Below, one piece after another: positions 37,806 through 51,453 of a stretch of 64,000 bases of DNA. The DNA lies in assembly GCF_018350175.1 (NCBI RefSeq), contig NC_058373.1, positions 103,666,001 through 103,730,000 of the forward strand. The letters run 5' to 3'. Source of the stretch: Felis catus (lineage: Eukaryota). The notes under the pieces are model-generated. The model was not told the origin of the DNA. It saw only the letters and a list, made by a program, of their open reading frames with translations, and did not search any database. The first letter of the stretch is position 1, and each line of letters begins with the position of its first letter. The translations under genes and the position numbers were made by a program.

Positions 37806-38299
37806 AAAATATTATTTATTTTTATTTGGTCAGCAGGTATTTAAAGTGCACCTGTTGTGGGCCAGACGCTATACTAGGCAGAGACAATGCAGTAGTGCGA
37901 AAACTAACAACGCCCTCCCCTGCCACACTAAGGTTTTGAGGAGACTGGGTCCAGCAGTCCAGTGCCTCCGTTTATTCATGGGGTTGGAGAATCTTTCCAA
38001 TCCTTCTCTTTATGGACAGACCCTAGTAGACTTCAGCTTGGCTTTTCAGGCAGACCAGCCTCCATTCTGAAACGAACTCCCTATCAGGCTACTTTCTGGG
38101 CTCTGATGAAGCCACCAGCAGATGTTATGAATTCTGTTCTTCCAAAGACCCAAGTTTGAATAGCAACCCCGCCATTTTCTAGCAACCTTACCCAAATTCC
38201 TGAATTTCCCGGAGCATCACTTCCTAACCTGTAGAATGAGTACACGACTCACATGGGACTATTCGCGTGGGCAAGTATCAAGGAGCCCAGGTGCTGAAT

Positions 38300-40175
38300 T
38301 ATGTAGCAAAACTTTGTTTAGCTTTGTAAGAAATTGCCAAACTGTCTTCCAAAGCGGCTATACCAGTTTGCATTCTCACCAGTAATGAATGAGAGTTTCT
38401 GTTGCTCCACATTCTTGCCAGCGTTTCATGTTGTCAGTGGTTAGCTATTCTAATAGGTGTGTAGGGTAGCTCGTTTTTTATGTTTTATTATTTTCTTAAT
38501 GTTTATTTTTGAGAGAGGTGGGGGGAGAGAGACAGAGTGCGAGCAGAGGAGGGGCAGAGAGAGAGGCAGAAACAGAATCTGAAATAGGCTCCAGGCTCTG
38601 AGCTGTCAGCAGAGAGCCCGATGCGGGGCTCAAACCCACAAACCACAAGATCATGACCTGAGCCGAAGTCAGATGCTTAACGGACTGAACCACCCAGGTG
38701 CCCCAGTGGTAGCTTGTTTATTCTGTGATGGCATATGATGTTGATCATCTTTTCATATGTGTGTTTGCCATCTGCACATCTTCTTTGGTGAGGTGTCTGT
38801 TCAGAACTTTTGCCCATTTTTTAGGCAAACTAGATGTTTTTCTATTGTTGAGTTTTAAGTGTTTTTTTATGTATTTTGGATACAAATCCTTTACCAGATA
38901 TGTATTTTGCAAATTTATCCCAGTCTATTTAACAATGTGTTTTGTGGAGAAGTTTTTTTTTTTTTTTTAATTTTTTTTTCAACGTTTATTTATTTTTGGG
39001 ACAGAGAGAGACAGAGCATGAACGGGGGAGGGGCAGAGAGAGAGGGAGACACAGAATCGGAAACAGGCTCCAGGCTCTGAGCCATCAGCCCAGAGCCTGA
39101 CGCGGGGCTCGAACTCACGGACCGCGAGATCGTGACCTGGCTGAAGTCGGACGCTTAACCGACTGCGCCACCCAGGCACCCCTGTAGAGAAGTTTTAACT
39201 TTAATGAAGTTTAACTTATTAATTTTTTCTTTCATAATCACACTTTTGGTGTTGTATCTAAAAAGTCATCACCCAGGGGCGCCTGAGTGGCTCTGTCAGT
39301 TGAGCGTCCGACTTCAGCTCAGGTCATGATCTCGCAATTCGTGGGTTCGAGCCCCACATTGGGTTCTGTGCTGATGGTTCAGAGCCTGAAGCCTCTCTCT
39401 CTGCCCCTCCCCCACTCACTCTCTGTCTCTCTGTCTCCAAAATAAATAAACATTAATAAAAATTTTTTTTAAAGTCACCACCCAACCCAAGGTCACCTAG
39501 ATTGTCTCCTATGTTATCTTCTAAAAGTTCCATAGTTTTGCATTTTACACTTAGGACAGTGATCTATTTTCAGTTAATTTTTGTGAATGACATAAAGCTG
39601 TGTCTAGATCCATTTTTTTCTTTTTTTGCACGTGGATATCTATTTGTTCCAGCACCATTTATTGAAAAGACTGTCCTGTGTTTTGCTTCTGCTCCTTTGT
39701 CAAAGATCAGTTGACTATATTTGTATGAGTCTATTTCTGTGGGTCCATTCTGTTCCGTTGATTTATTTGCCTAGCCTCATGCCAATACCACCCCATCTCA
39801 ATCTACTATAGCTTTATGGTAAATGTGGAAGTCAGGTAGTATTAGTCCTCCAACTTCATTCTTCAATACTGTGTTGGCTCTTCTGGGTCTTTTGCCTTTC
39901 ATATAAACTTTATAATAAATCTGTTAGTATTCACAAAATCACTTGCTGGGATTTTGATTGGGACTGCATTAAGTCGATAGATGAATTTGGGAAGAACTGA
40001 CAACTTAACAATATTGAGTCTTCCTATCCATGAGCATGGGATAGCTCTCTATTGAAAAATCAAATCGTATTTGATTTCTTGTACCAGAGTGGTTTTAGTT
40101 TCTTTCTTATAGATCTTGTATATATTTGTTAAATGTCTACCTAAATAGTTCAATTTTGTGTGCTAGTGCAAAGAG
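38300..40175 (-). mobile_element. Old L1M (ORF2 3' part) with three SINE insertions (~38485-38705, young 38953-39183, ~39275-39470)
   Basis: aaattgccaaactgtcttccaaagcggc...gttccagcaccatttattgaaaagact...aatattgagtcttcctatccatga, reverse L1 motifs. Confidence 0.88.
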
Positions 40176-40539
40176 TGTTAACATTATATTGTTCGTGATA
40201 GAAAGTGAAAGAATTTGCTAAGGAGGAGAGTGATATCATACATTTATGTTTAAGAAGATTGTTCCAAGAGTATGGAAGACAGATTCGATTTGAGTAAAAT
40301 GAAGATAGGAAAACCAGTTAGGAGGATTTTTTTTTTAATGTGTATGAGTGGAATAAAGACCTAAACTGAGGAAGTGGCAGAAGATATGGGGAACGGTTAG
40401 TCCAGCTCAAGAAATAAGGTAAATGGTAAGGATCTTCTTTTCTGAGGGACGCCAAGCAGACAGACCTTCCAACAGCCTTGCTTACTATTCACCTACACTA
40501 ATCTTGATATGCCAGGGAAGTAACATTGAAAGACCAAAA

Positions 40540-41080
40540 TGGCAATGTTAAGTGCCTGCCTCAGCATCCATTTATCCCCTGCCTCTTTTCCTGCCCCAAA
40601 CAATCCCCGTTTTGTTCAAGTATCCTGCTTTCCCACCTGACCGAGTACTACAAGGAAAGCCAACCCTAGCCCAAACTCCAGGGGTGGCCTGATTGGTCTA
40701 AGGGTGACCTCACCTGCCTCACCAGGACTGGGTCAGAAATGGGCACGTGGGCCAACTCTGGCCAATGAGACAAAAGAGAGAGTCTGCTGAATGGGGTGGG
40801 TACAGGGGCTGGAAAAAATGTCCTCCATCCTAAGCAAAAGTCACAAGAAGAAATAGTCTCCTGACTTGTTCTGAAGGTTGTCCTGTCTCTGTGGCTCCCA
40901 GAACTTGAATAGCCATATTGCTATCAGCCCAAAGATGGGGCCAACAGGGAAGATGGTATAGCATAGAGAGAGCATCGCTGAGCTCAAAGAAATCAAAGGA
41001 ACCACCTCTCTTCATTGTTTAAGGCAGTTTGAGGTGGGATTTCTGACAGTTACATCTGAAAGCATCCCAGCTGTTACAAC
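40540..41080 (+). mobile_element. MaLR LTR relic (MLT1K-like)
   Basis: gggcacgtgggccaactctggccaatgagac...ttgtttaaggcagtttgaggtgggatttctg..agttacatctgaaagcatcc. Confidence 0.6.
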
Positions 41081-42580
41081 TGCCCTTATTCGGCGACTAA
41101 GCTAAAGGAAGCTTGCCTGCTGTCCATCCGCCCCTCTGAGGATACTGAGTTTTTTGTTAGTTATACCTAACTGGAAGGTTAGGTCATACCCTGGGCGTAA
41201 GACCTTGCCTGCTTGTTTATTGCTCTGTCCCCCACATTGGAACGTGACATTTAGTAGGTTCTTAAGAAATATCAAGTGAATCAGTAAGTGCATGAAATAC
41301 TCAGGAGCCAAAATTTGAATGACATTTGTCTAGCTACTCCCCATTTCCACTTTGTTTCCTCCCACCGAGATTTATCATTATGGAGTCGTGATTGAGTCGT
41401 AAGGCCTCTGACAAGTGCCAAAGATTATAGCAAGAAATAGCTGTATCAGAATTGCCTCTGCATTTACTGTATGAAAAGATTATCAAACACATGCTATGAT
41501 GCTTTTAGAGTTCCTGTACAAAGTCCCCTAAAATAGACTTAATGCCAGAAAAAAAGGCAGACCTCCTTCGTTCCAGTAGGTTGTATGGATTATCTAATTG
41601 GGTATCCTTTTTTTGCCCTGGCTGCCAGGAAGCTCAGTACCTAATCTGAAGCTAAATCACAGTAACTCTATTACAGTTGACAGTCAATGCTTGCTTCTTT
41701 CTCCTTTCTATGGAAAAAAAGCTTTGCTTTTCTAATTTTAGTTGAATGAACTTATTGTGTTTGCCTTTATTGTAAGTTGCTTCAAATCCTTTTCAAAGAG
41801 AGGTGTGTATAAAAAAAAAAAAAATTAACAGCTCAATTCTAAAAAGCCATGCAGAGCCCGAGTTGGCACCACTTGCTCTTTGTAATAGCCTGGGAGGGCC
41901 CCCAAAGTAGCCTAGTGCTTTATCTTTACAAACACATGTCAGCCAGAGCAGCGGTGCTCACCAGAGATCTCGGGAGACAAGGGCAAAAATCACCCGTCAT
42001 TTTCTACTGAATGGGTGTCTGGAGGACCATTCAGGCTCCTAGCGGCTGGATTTGGTGGGGCGGATTAACGTGGAGAGCCCTTGGAAAATCAGCATCCACC
42101 CTGCCTGCACTAGCTATTGTTCCAGAGGTGAGTTGTTCTGTCTAGTTTGGAAGATAGAATCTCTCTCCTGCCTGGTCCCCAGCCCTGCTGGCTTTGTTCG
42201 CTCAGGGTCCTGTGCCCTTTCCCCTACCTCTGGGCCACAGGCCTCTCCAGCCAGCCCTCCGTGCCAACTGGCAGAGGGTGCTCTTGTATAGCAGATCTGA
42301 CTCCCTCCCCACGAATGAGCTCCTGGTGCCTTCCTGTTCCAGCCAGACTGCCTCCACCAGCTGGGGGCCCTGAAACGCTCACTTGGGGCAAACTGGCCTA
42401 GATCGTGCCCCAAAACCACTGCCCAGCCGGCCTCAGTCCCCTTCAAGCTTGTGTGCCTCTCTCTGCACCCCAAGTTCCCCGCAGGTAGAACAGAATGAGG
42501 CTGTTTATGGGGGACAGAGTTTGGTTTGCTGATATCATACGTGAGTGTTGGCGGGGGTGGCGGAGGGGTGGAGGGGGGGG

Positions 42581-42582
<2 letters not shown>

Positions 42583-42622
<40 letters not shown>
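42583..42622 (+). repeat. (GA)20 microsatellite
   Basis: Direct reading. Confidence 0.95.
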
Positions 42623-42626
<4 letters not shown>

Positions 42627-43559
42627 GCGCGCATGCGCAAAGGCACACTGCCCTCTCCGAGCTCTGCAATAATAGATTTCATGATTTAATTGGAAATTTA
42701 GTAAATCTGCTAAAACATTTAGTGGTTTAAATTTTTCCTGTTCTGCAAAGAAACAAAGGCTTCTGGTTTACCCTGTGTCTTTCAACAACTTTAATTTCAT
42801 TTGTAAATTGCGGATGGAAGTAGCATTTCCACTCGATTGCATACTGGGCATTAAGAAGACAAAAACCTTCATTGTTTGCAGCCCTTGGGGTTTTTTTTCA
42901 GACATTAAGCTGTAGGTGGCATTCTTTATACTTGACATCAGAGCACTTTTGTCAGGCGTTTAGTTGACAGGATTTACTGCCAGCCCATCCTAGGTGTGGG
43001 AAGCAGAGAAAACAAGAAAATACTTCGTTCAGGTGGGCAGAGAGAGGAGTGCACAGGCCCATCAACCCGATCCGGTAACCGCTGCTTTTCAAACTGTGTA
43101 ATTAAAGATCTTTAGAGTTCTTCGAAGGGAATTAATTAGTAGAGAAAGGCGGTTTTGTTTACAGTCTTCATCATCAACATAATCAAAAGCCAGCCTAGAT
43201 ACTGGTGGCAAATTGGACTGGATTCTTCAAAGCCAAGGGTGCTTCGTGCAGAGCTTGTTTTCAGAGGTCTGTTCCATCCGCGCATGCGTTAACTTGCCCT
43301 TGGGCGGAGGGGAAAAGAGAGGGGGAGCAGCGCGCTGGGGAGGGGAAGGGGAGAGGTACTCTGTATAGTCAAAACATCGGTGGCCCGAGTGGAGTTCCCA
43401 TCACCAATACCCACCTGTGTGCGGTGTGTTGGCAGGTTGGGATTAGTCTTTAGGCTCACCTGTCCAGATGGTTTGTCCACGGGTGACTGTGTTTTCAGGC
43501 CCAGACCAGTGCACCTGGGAAGCCCTAAAGAAACCATCTGGTAATGGTAAAGAAACCAG

Positions 43560-43720
43560 TATACTGGCCTGGTGATATCAGAATACCTGGAATACTTCAT
43601 AATAAATGCAGATGGCTGGGTTCCACTCAGACCTACTGACCCAGAGCCTCCTGGGGTGGGACTCAGGAGTCTATGTTATTAAGTCACTACCCAGGTGCTT
43701 CTGTTCTGCAGCCAGGTCTG
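43560..43720. mobile_element. MER5-like hAT MITE relic
   Basis: aaatgcagat..ctggg..ccactcagacctactga..cagag....ctggggtggg motif. Confidence 0.6.
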
Positions 43721-44352
43721 ATGTGCAGAAGGACTGGTCTAAGCCATTAGGTGGTCTTTTAGTGAAAGGGCATGAGCATGAAGAGGGGAGAAGGGCAGGG
43801 GGACCCAGGAAGATTACCCTGGGCCAGAAAAGGCTCATCACAGGGTGTTAGACCCATGGCCTCTGTATATAGACTGAAGCTTTTGGGAAGCAGGGTCACT
43901 CTTGGCAAAGTGCAAACAAACCCTCACCTTGAACGATCATCCTGTAAACTCAGCTTGAGCAATGGAGGCCATTTTCCAAGCCAAGAGAGACTGTAGGGCA
44001 GCTACAGCCCTATCGTTCCCCTTCCCTCCCAAATCTCAGTTCATGGTGCCATGGAGTGTTTGCAAGGAACAGCAGACTGAAGGGAGGGGCGGAGTTGGTC
44101 AAACGATTATCCAACTTGTGAGAAGTGGGTCTCAGTCGGAACTGGGTTTTATAGGCCCAATTTCACCAGATGACCTTGGTGGTAATATTCCAGACTCTAT
44201 CTTGCCCGAGCATGAGAAGAGTTCAGATGTCTCCCTCAGCTGTCCCAAATTGTGCCTTTACTCTGCAATCCATACGTACCATTTAACCCTCATAGGACAT
44301 CTAGGCCTCGCCTTTTACTTTAGTTTCATTTTCAATGGGAAGTTTATATTGT

Positions 44353-44458
44353 AGGGGTGCCTGGCTGGCTCATTTGGAAGAGCATGTGACTCTTGATCTC
44401 AGGGTCATTGAGTTCAAGCCTCATTTTCTTAAAAAAAAGTTTATGTTGTAAAAGTATA

Positions 44459-44495
<37 letters not shown>
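44353..44495 (+). repeat. Short SINE (~44353-44440) followed by (TA)13-T15 compound repeat (44455-44495)
   Basis: Direct reading. Confidence 0.85.
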
Positions 44496-47400
44496 AATGA
44501 CTAGTGGTGTTCAGAGTGAGGAGTGAAAGCTCTCTATGTAATCTTACCCTTCAGAGATAATCCCTTGTTTTCAAGACGTGGACACTACTGTTGGGAGAGG
44601 TGAAACCAATGATTCTGTGGCAGAGCAAGGACAAGGGTCCGTGATCCCTCTGTCCAATGCTCTTTCCACCTACTCCTCTTCGAAGGATGCCTCTACCAGC
44701 ACCCCAGGTCCTCAGAAACTTTTTGATGCCATCGATAAGGAGGTGACTGACTCATTCCTCACGCATCAGTAAAGGTGATCGCACACTTTTCTGGAAGCCT
44801 GAAGCCATGCCTCCAAACTCGATTCTTCCGGATTGTAGGAAACACACTCCGTGGCTGATTCGTCCTCCGCTCCTCTGGCTTTGCATCCATCAGTCTTTCT
44901 TCACAAGGCTTCACTTTTCAGAACCAGGTTCCCGGAGGTTATAGATTCGCAACAAAGAAAGCAGAACTGAGCATTCTCGGTAAGGTTGGGTCGGCTGGGG
45001 TCTTGTAAGCAGATCAGCCGTGGCCATCTTGGAAAATGCCCCAGGGAGAGAGCAAACAGGAGAAGCAGGCAGTGCTAGGGTCCCCTAGCAGAGCCCACAA
45101 TGCTGTGCTCTAAGAGTTCCCCTAAAGGCCTTTTCACTTTGTCCCGGTATTCCTGGGGATGGAAGCCTGCCTGTGGTTGTCATATCCTTCTCCCACCACC
45201 ATCTGGCGATGGGGTAGGGAGGGGGTGGGGTGTAGAATTACATATCCTCAGCTCCCCAGTAACAGGGGCGGGAGGGGAGGGGTGGGCATCCAGAAGCAGT
45301 GTGGTTATCTTGAGCGGCTTTCAACAACAGTAACAAAGTGAAGTTTATGCCTCAGGATGTGTTTGTTTTCTTCAGTAGGGCCCCACGGACAGTCATGCCC
45401 GGCCCAGTTGTCCATATGTGCAGAGCCATCACAGGACAATAACAACTTTCATGACATAACCTGTCAGTTACGAAGCATCAGGCAGGTGCCGGCCACCAGG
45501 CTAGGTGCTTTACACAAATCATCTCATCTGATCTACTCTAGCAGAGGGCTCTGTTACCGTCTCTGTTAAGAGATGAAGCAGTCGAGAGTCAGAGAAACCA
45601 GCTGCCCAGAGAGTCAGGTTTCCAACCCAAGTTGATTTCGTTGCAAAGGCTGACAGTGTACAAAATGTAAATGCAGGCCCAATGTCAAATCTTAGCCCAT
45701 GCCTTCCACAGCCTGAGACAAAGCTGAGGGAAGAAGACAAGGTCAACTCAAGTGAGGACTGGCTCCCCCCCACCTTATGCCAACAAGTGGCCGCTGAGCA
45801 AGGCTGCCCTCTTGTTGTCGTGGGTGGAACTTTGGGGGACACCGTGTTACCTGAACACAGGATAACTACACATTCCCCTGGAGCCAGGAATCTGTTATCC
45901 TACCTGGCTGATTTATTTATTTTATGTTTAATCCCTTTTTCCCCTAGAAAAATGATCTCCTCCTCTTTCGAAACCCTTTGCCAATAGTTCTGTTGACTGC
46001 AGTGACGTGTAAGTGACCACAGCAATTGATAAAGAATGAAGGCTTCCGTCAGATGTCAGAGTGCAGAGGGAAGCCGAGGTGGCACTAATCAGGAGGGATG
46101 CCCAAGGTGGCCGAGAGCCCAGAGCGTGTTTTCTTTTCCTTTCACCATTTTAAAATTCATGCCAGTGAAGCCAGGTTCATGGTGCACCCCTCTGAGAAAC
46201 CCCTTGCTTCTTAAGCTTAGTCTGCATTTGCCATGCCATTGTTGGAAGAGACCTTAATTTTCATTCTTTTCTCTTCTCTGGGCCCCTCCTTCTCTCCCTC
46301 CTCCCCAAATGTTTTAGCATCTGTTAATCCCAGTTGGAAACCTTAGCAGATAAAAGTCGTGTTCTGTGTAGATTGCTTCCAGAACAAATAGGGGGTGGTA
46401 GATAATTTAGCATTCAGTTTCAGGACAGCTTAGGGTGGGGGCTGTAGAGGCCAGCACCTCTTCCTTCTAAGACATCCAGTAAAAGCAAAAGCAAAGTAAT
46501 TCCCAAGCTCAGATGGAATGTATGTAGATCAGGTTCATTTCCAGAACAGCCGCTGCCTGCATTTAGGTGATATTAGAAGCCACCATGACAGCAAAGTAGT
46601 TTTATGCATAGCGGCTTAGCGAACACTCTGAGAACTAGTTTAGTGAAGCTATCAGGTTGAAAAATACCAAGTCACAAAGTTTTAATGAAACTAAGTGTGG
46701 ATCAACGTATCATAAAGAGCATCCAGGACGACTTAAAAGATCCATGGGTGGAAATTAGAATGGATCTTAGGGATTTGTTTGGCAAAGCCCGTCTATTTTG
46801 ACCTTTTTTCCGTTTCATATTAAGGCTACTGAAAGTGTGTTTTGTTTGGCTCGGGCTGAAGGAGGACAGCAGCTACTGGGGCTGTTACACCAAGGCTGTC
46901 ACTGAAGTTTAGCAGCAGTAATTGACTGATAAGGGCTGGGCATCAAATAGCAGAGAGAAAGGCCATCGCAGATCTTCTTGCTTTATTTCTCTCTGCACTT
47001 CATTTACATCTTAAGCCATATTGGTGATCCAGATTTGAATAAAGCCACAGCTTAAGCCGCGATTAGATCTCAATAGCTTGGATTTTCTATGAAATTGCTG
47101 CATTTTTACTAGATGTATTTAGAAATACTGGTGAAAACTGACACCTTGGGTAACTTTATCATTTAAAATGGTGCTTTGGGTGGATAAAAAAAAAAAAAAA
47201 AAAAACAACCACCACTAAAATGGGGGTATTAGTCGCCAGGCCTTTGACTCAAGCAGTGTCAGGGGTTAGCATTATACAAAAGCCAGCTGAGCACGATGTG
47301 GGCAAGAAAGAATGCAGATAACTCAACCCACCATCCTTCCCCTAAGCCCACTCTCCCCAAAAATGTTAATCGAAGCAGCGATCCCATAACCTGAAGAAAA

Positions 47401-48031
47401 ATAAGGAAGGCAAAAGGAATGTATAATGCAACAAGGAGCTTTTTTAATGCTGAGATTTTTTTTTTTTAATCATGAAGCAATATTTTTAACTCTAAGGTTA
47501 ACCTGCTAATCCTTAAGCTGGTGATATGACAGTGTCAAATGTGATGGGATTTTGTGATTCTCATTATTGTTATGTATTGTTCTTTCCGTGGCATTCCATA
47601 TTAATATTTATAAATGCCCTTTTTATAGAACCAGGAGGACCAAAACCCATTATTAAATTTTTAAAATGGACAAACCTCGCATCCAATATAGTTGATTACA
47701 ATTTAGAACAAAAAGGATTTCGGTAGTAATCCACTTCTGGTTTCTCGTTGTTGTTGATTCTGTGCGGACAGCAGAGTTCCTGATGTTATTTGAACTAACA
47801 ACGACAGCCACAGAAACCCTACCGTTTGTCCAAAGTAGCATCCAAATGACAGAGACTAACAGAATATTGATTCTGCTTCACAAGAAGGAGGTGAAAGGCA
47901 CCAAAAGCAGGTAAGAGGGCACAGTGGAGAAAAGGTGTGCGTTTAAAACGCTTAAGTCACCCACCCCGAGCAAGGGCAAAATGAAAGAATTGATTTAAAT
48001 TTGAAAATAGAGGGAGGTGGTTCATTCAGCT

Positions 48032-49033
48032 GTTTTGTTTTGTTTTGTTTTGTTTTTTTCAACGTTTATTTATTTTTGGGACAGAGAGAGACAGAGCATG
48101 AACGGGGGAGGGGCAGAGAGAGAGGGAGACACAGAATCGGAAACAGGCCCCAGGCTCCGAGCCATCAGCCCAGATCCTGACGCGGGGCTCGAACTCCCGG
48201 ACCGCGAGATCGTGACCTGGCTGAAGTCGGACGCTTAACCGACTGCGCCACCCAGGCGCCCCATTCAGCTGTTTTCAAGTGCCTCATTTTACTTGACAAG
48301 TGGCCTCTGAAGGGTTCAGTAGGCATCCGTGTGTGTGAAAGAGGAAGTCTCTGTAATAAGGAGAGGCAAATCAGTCATCCCAGAGCCTAACCCTAGAGGA
48401 GAGTCAAAATCGACAGCCCATCTACCCAGTGCACTCTCCTTTCAGCATCATGGGATGCAAGTAAACATCCCTTAGTCAAAAAGGAAGAAAAAGTCTCTCA
48501 GCTCAGGGACCTTACTATGTCTCAGCTCTGAGTAGCCAAGAATAGTCTTCAGCCCCAGAGAGGAATATTCCTCATGGAAGGAAGATGTTTTATGGCCAAC
48601 TCGCCCTACCACTCCCTCTGCCTCCAAAAGAGCCTAAATAACTCGGCACAATTAGCAGGAGTGTGTATGCCCAATTGGCTGGCAAAGGGAGTGGCTGGGT
48701 GGCCTAGTTTTGTAGAAGAATAACCAGGGAGGAGAAAGGGTGACATCTCTAACCTGGAGCAGTTATGACAAACCATTAGAAACATCTCAACTCTAGGGGC
48801 GCCTGGGTGGTGCAGTCGGTTAAGCATCCGACTTCAGCCAGGTCACGATCTCGTGGTCCGGGAGTTCGAGCCCTGCGTCGGGCTCTGGGCTGATGGCTCA
48901 GAACCTGGAGCCTGTTTCCGATTCTGTGTCTCCCTCTCTCTCTGCCCCTCCCCCGTTCATGCTCTGTCTCTCTCTGTCCCAAAAATAAATAAACGTTGAA
49001 AAAAAAATTTTTTTTAAATAAAAAGAAAAAGAA
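48032..49033. mobile_element. Two young SINEC_Fc-type SINEs in inverted head-to-head orientation (48032-48262 -, 48796-49033 +)
   Basis: TSDs attcagctgtttt and agaaac(a/g)tctcaactcta. Confidence 0.93.
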
Positions 49034-50280
49034 ACGTCTCAACTCTATCCCTTTGGAGAGAATGTGTTTTCATGGTCATATTTTTATTCTTGTTTATAAA
49101 AATCAGTTTTTCCCAACTCAGTATCCAAAACCTGGCCTTCAGATTCAGACCCCAGTGTGAGTTCTGGCTCTTCCCCTTCAAGCTGTGTGATCTTGGGCAA
49201 GTTACTTTATCGAATTTTCTTGATAGGGAAACTAACCCTACTTCATGCTGTCGTTGGGAGAGCCACATGTGATGAGTGCAAGTCGTATGGGCCTGGCCCA
49301 AAGCAAGCATTTGAGAAACAGTAGCTCTAATTAATAAACATATCTACAGTGTAGGAGATTTGAAACTCTGGTTGCTTATTTGTGGATAATTTTCTCTCTT
49401 TTAGCGTCTCCTGGTTTGGGGATTACAGCCATGCGTATGGATCGTTGAAACTATAGGTTTCCACGTGCAAAAAACAAACCAGGTGGGGTATGTGGGGGCC
49501 CAGGTTGCTGGAGAAATTCCAGGCTGTGTTTAGCCTTCTGAGATAAAACACGAGGGCCTTTATTTTTAAACACATCTAAGGTGTTTTCCAACACCAATAA
49601 GGAAAGAGGAATCAAAACTGATGCCTAGTGGTTCTGACAGTTATTCCATTATAGTGCAGTTATGGCCACAGAGGTGATGTGTTGGCTCCCAGCTGAGGAG
49701 TATTGTATGTTCGAAGCAGCAATGGAGTAACTCAATTCCAATGAAACCCAAGTTTGGTGAAGCAATGAGAAGGCTATTCATCGTGACCAACCCTTAGAGA
49801 AACTGGCCTCGCCTTCTGGGGAAACATGTCTTACGTTTCAAGCATGTGTAATGGCCTGGTTTTGCAACATGGTGTTAGTTCAGAAAGTATGCTAAGGATG
49901 CGCCCTTCTCAGCCCTCTCTAAAACTTGTCAGCCTACCTCTTCTTGAAACCCCCAGTGCCCTCCTCTCTTTAGGTGTCTTCATCTGAACTCTTCTTAGAG
50001 GGAGTGCTGAGTGATTGGAGAGATGTGCTTGGGGCACCTTCTCCTGCTTTCCACGGGGGACCCCAGGCTTCTGGATATGCTTTTCTCAGGCAGTTGGGAC
50101 CTAAGCAGCCTCATGGGTCTCCCCTCCCTACCACCACTCACTGCTCCCAAACTGTTCTCCTTCCACTGACTTATCAAGCTTTACCTGTCCCCTGTTCCAT
50201 TTTTTTTGGCGGACCCTGAACGAGCAACCTGGTACCCTAGTAGAAAGCTCCAGGAAAGCTTCATTAGAATTGAATATATG

Positions 50281-51416
50281 CGGGGCGCCTGGGTGGCTCA
50301 GTGGGTTAAGTGTCTGACTTCGGCTCAGGTCATTATCTCGCGGTTTGTGGGTTCGAGCCCCGCATCAGGCTCTGTGCTGACAGCTCAGAGCTGGAGGCTG
50401 CTTCAGATTCTGTGTCTCCCTCTCTCTCTGCCCCTCCCCTGCTCATGCTCTGTCTCTTGGTCTCTAAAAAATAAATAAATGTTAAAAAAAAAATTAAAAA
50501 AAAAAAAAAGAATTGAATATATGCATTCAGCCATTGGCACTGGCCTAATGTAAGTAATAGTGACTTCTTCCCCACAGATAACATTTCCTTTACGCCAGAC
50601 AGATTTGGTGCCCTTTCCCATGTGGACTCAGGCCACCTTTTAGTTCCAGCTGTTATTGTGGCAACACCTGTACCCGGATGTAGCCTGGCAGCCCCTTTCC
50701 TCCGGCCTCAGGGCTTCCCCCACCCCACCGCCAGTGGGAGCCAGCCCAGCCATGCCCACACACATGCACGTCCGCGTGGGCACGCACACACATACACGCA
50801 CAGACCTGGAGGTGTGCTGGAGTCCACACTCCAACTTTGACCACTGGAGACAAGAGCCCATGGGTAAAACTCCCCTCTCCCGTGTCTTTCACTCTCCCTC
50901 TCCCCTCTCCCGTGTTCCTCAGAAGCTCCGCCTGAGGGAGTGACCCATGTGACCACAGTGGTAGCCACTTCCCAAATGCACCCCTGGATTGCCTTTCCCT
51001 TCCTCCTTGTTTTGTTTCCTGGTCCCCCCACTCTAGATCCTGGGGTTTACCTCTCAAAACAAACTACCTGCACATAGGCCCTCATCTCAGACCTTCCGTT
51101 TTGAGAGAACCCAAGGCAAAACATCCTTTCTAACAGAGGACTTCTTAAGACCCTCTTAATCTAAGACAATACATGTCTACAGGTAGAATCTCTGGGCTGT
51201 GGGGTATTTGTTGAGAGACAGTGCTCCTCCTGTCCCCTCCCATCATTATCTAGGCATAATCGCTTATGGCTTTTGTCATGTTCGATTGTCATGGCCTGCT
51301 TATGTTTGTCTCCCAACACACCGAATTCAGGGACGGCATCTCCTCTGTCTCCATGTGCCCAGCACCAAATCTGGCATGAAGTTGGTGCTTAATAAACATA
51401 TTCTTCCTTTTTCTTT

Positions 51417-51453
<37 letters not shown>

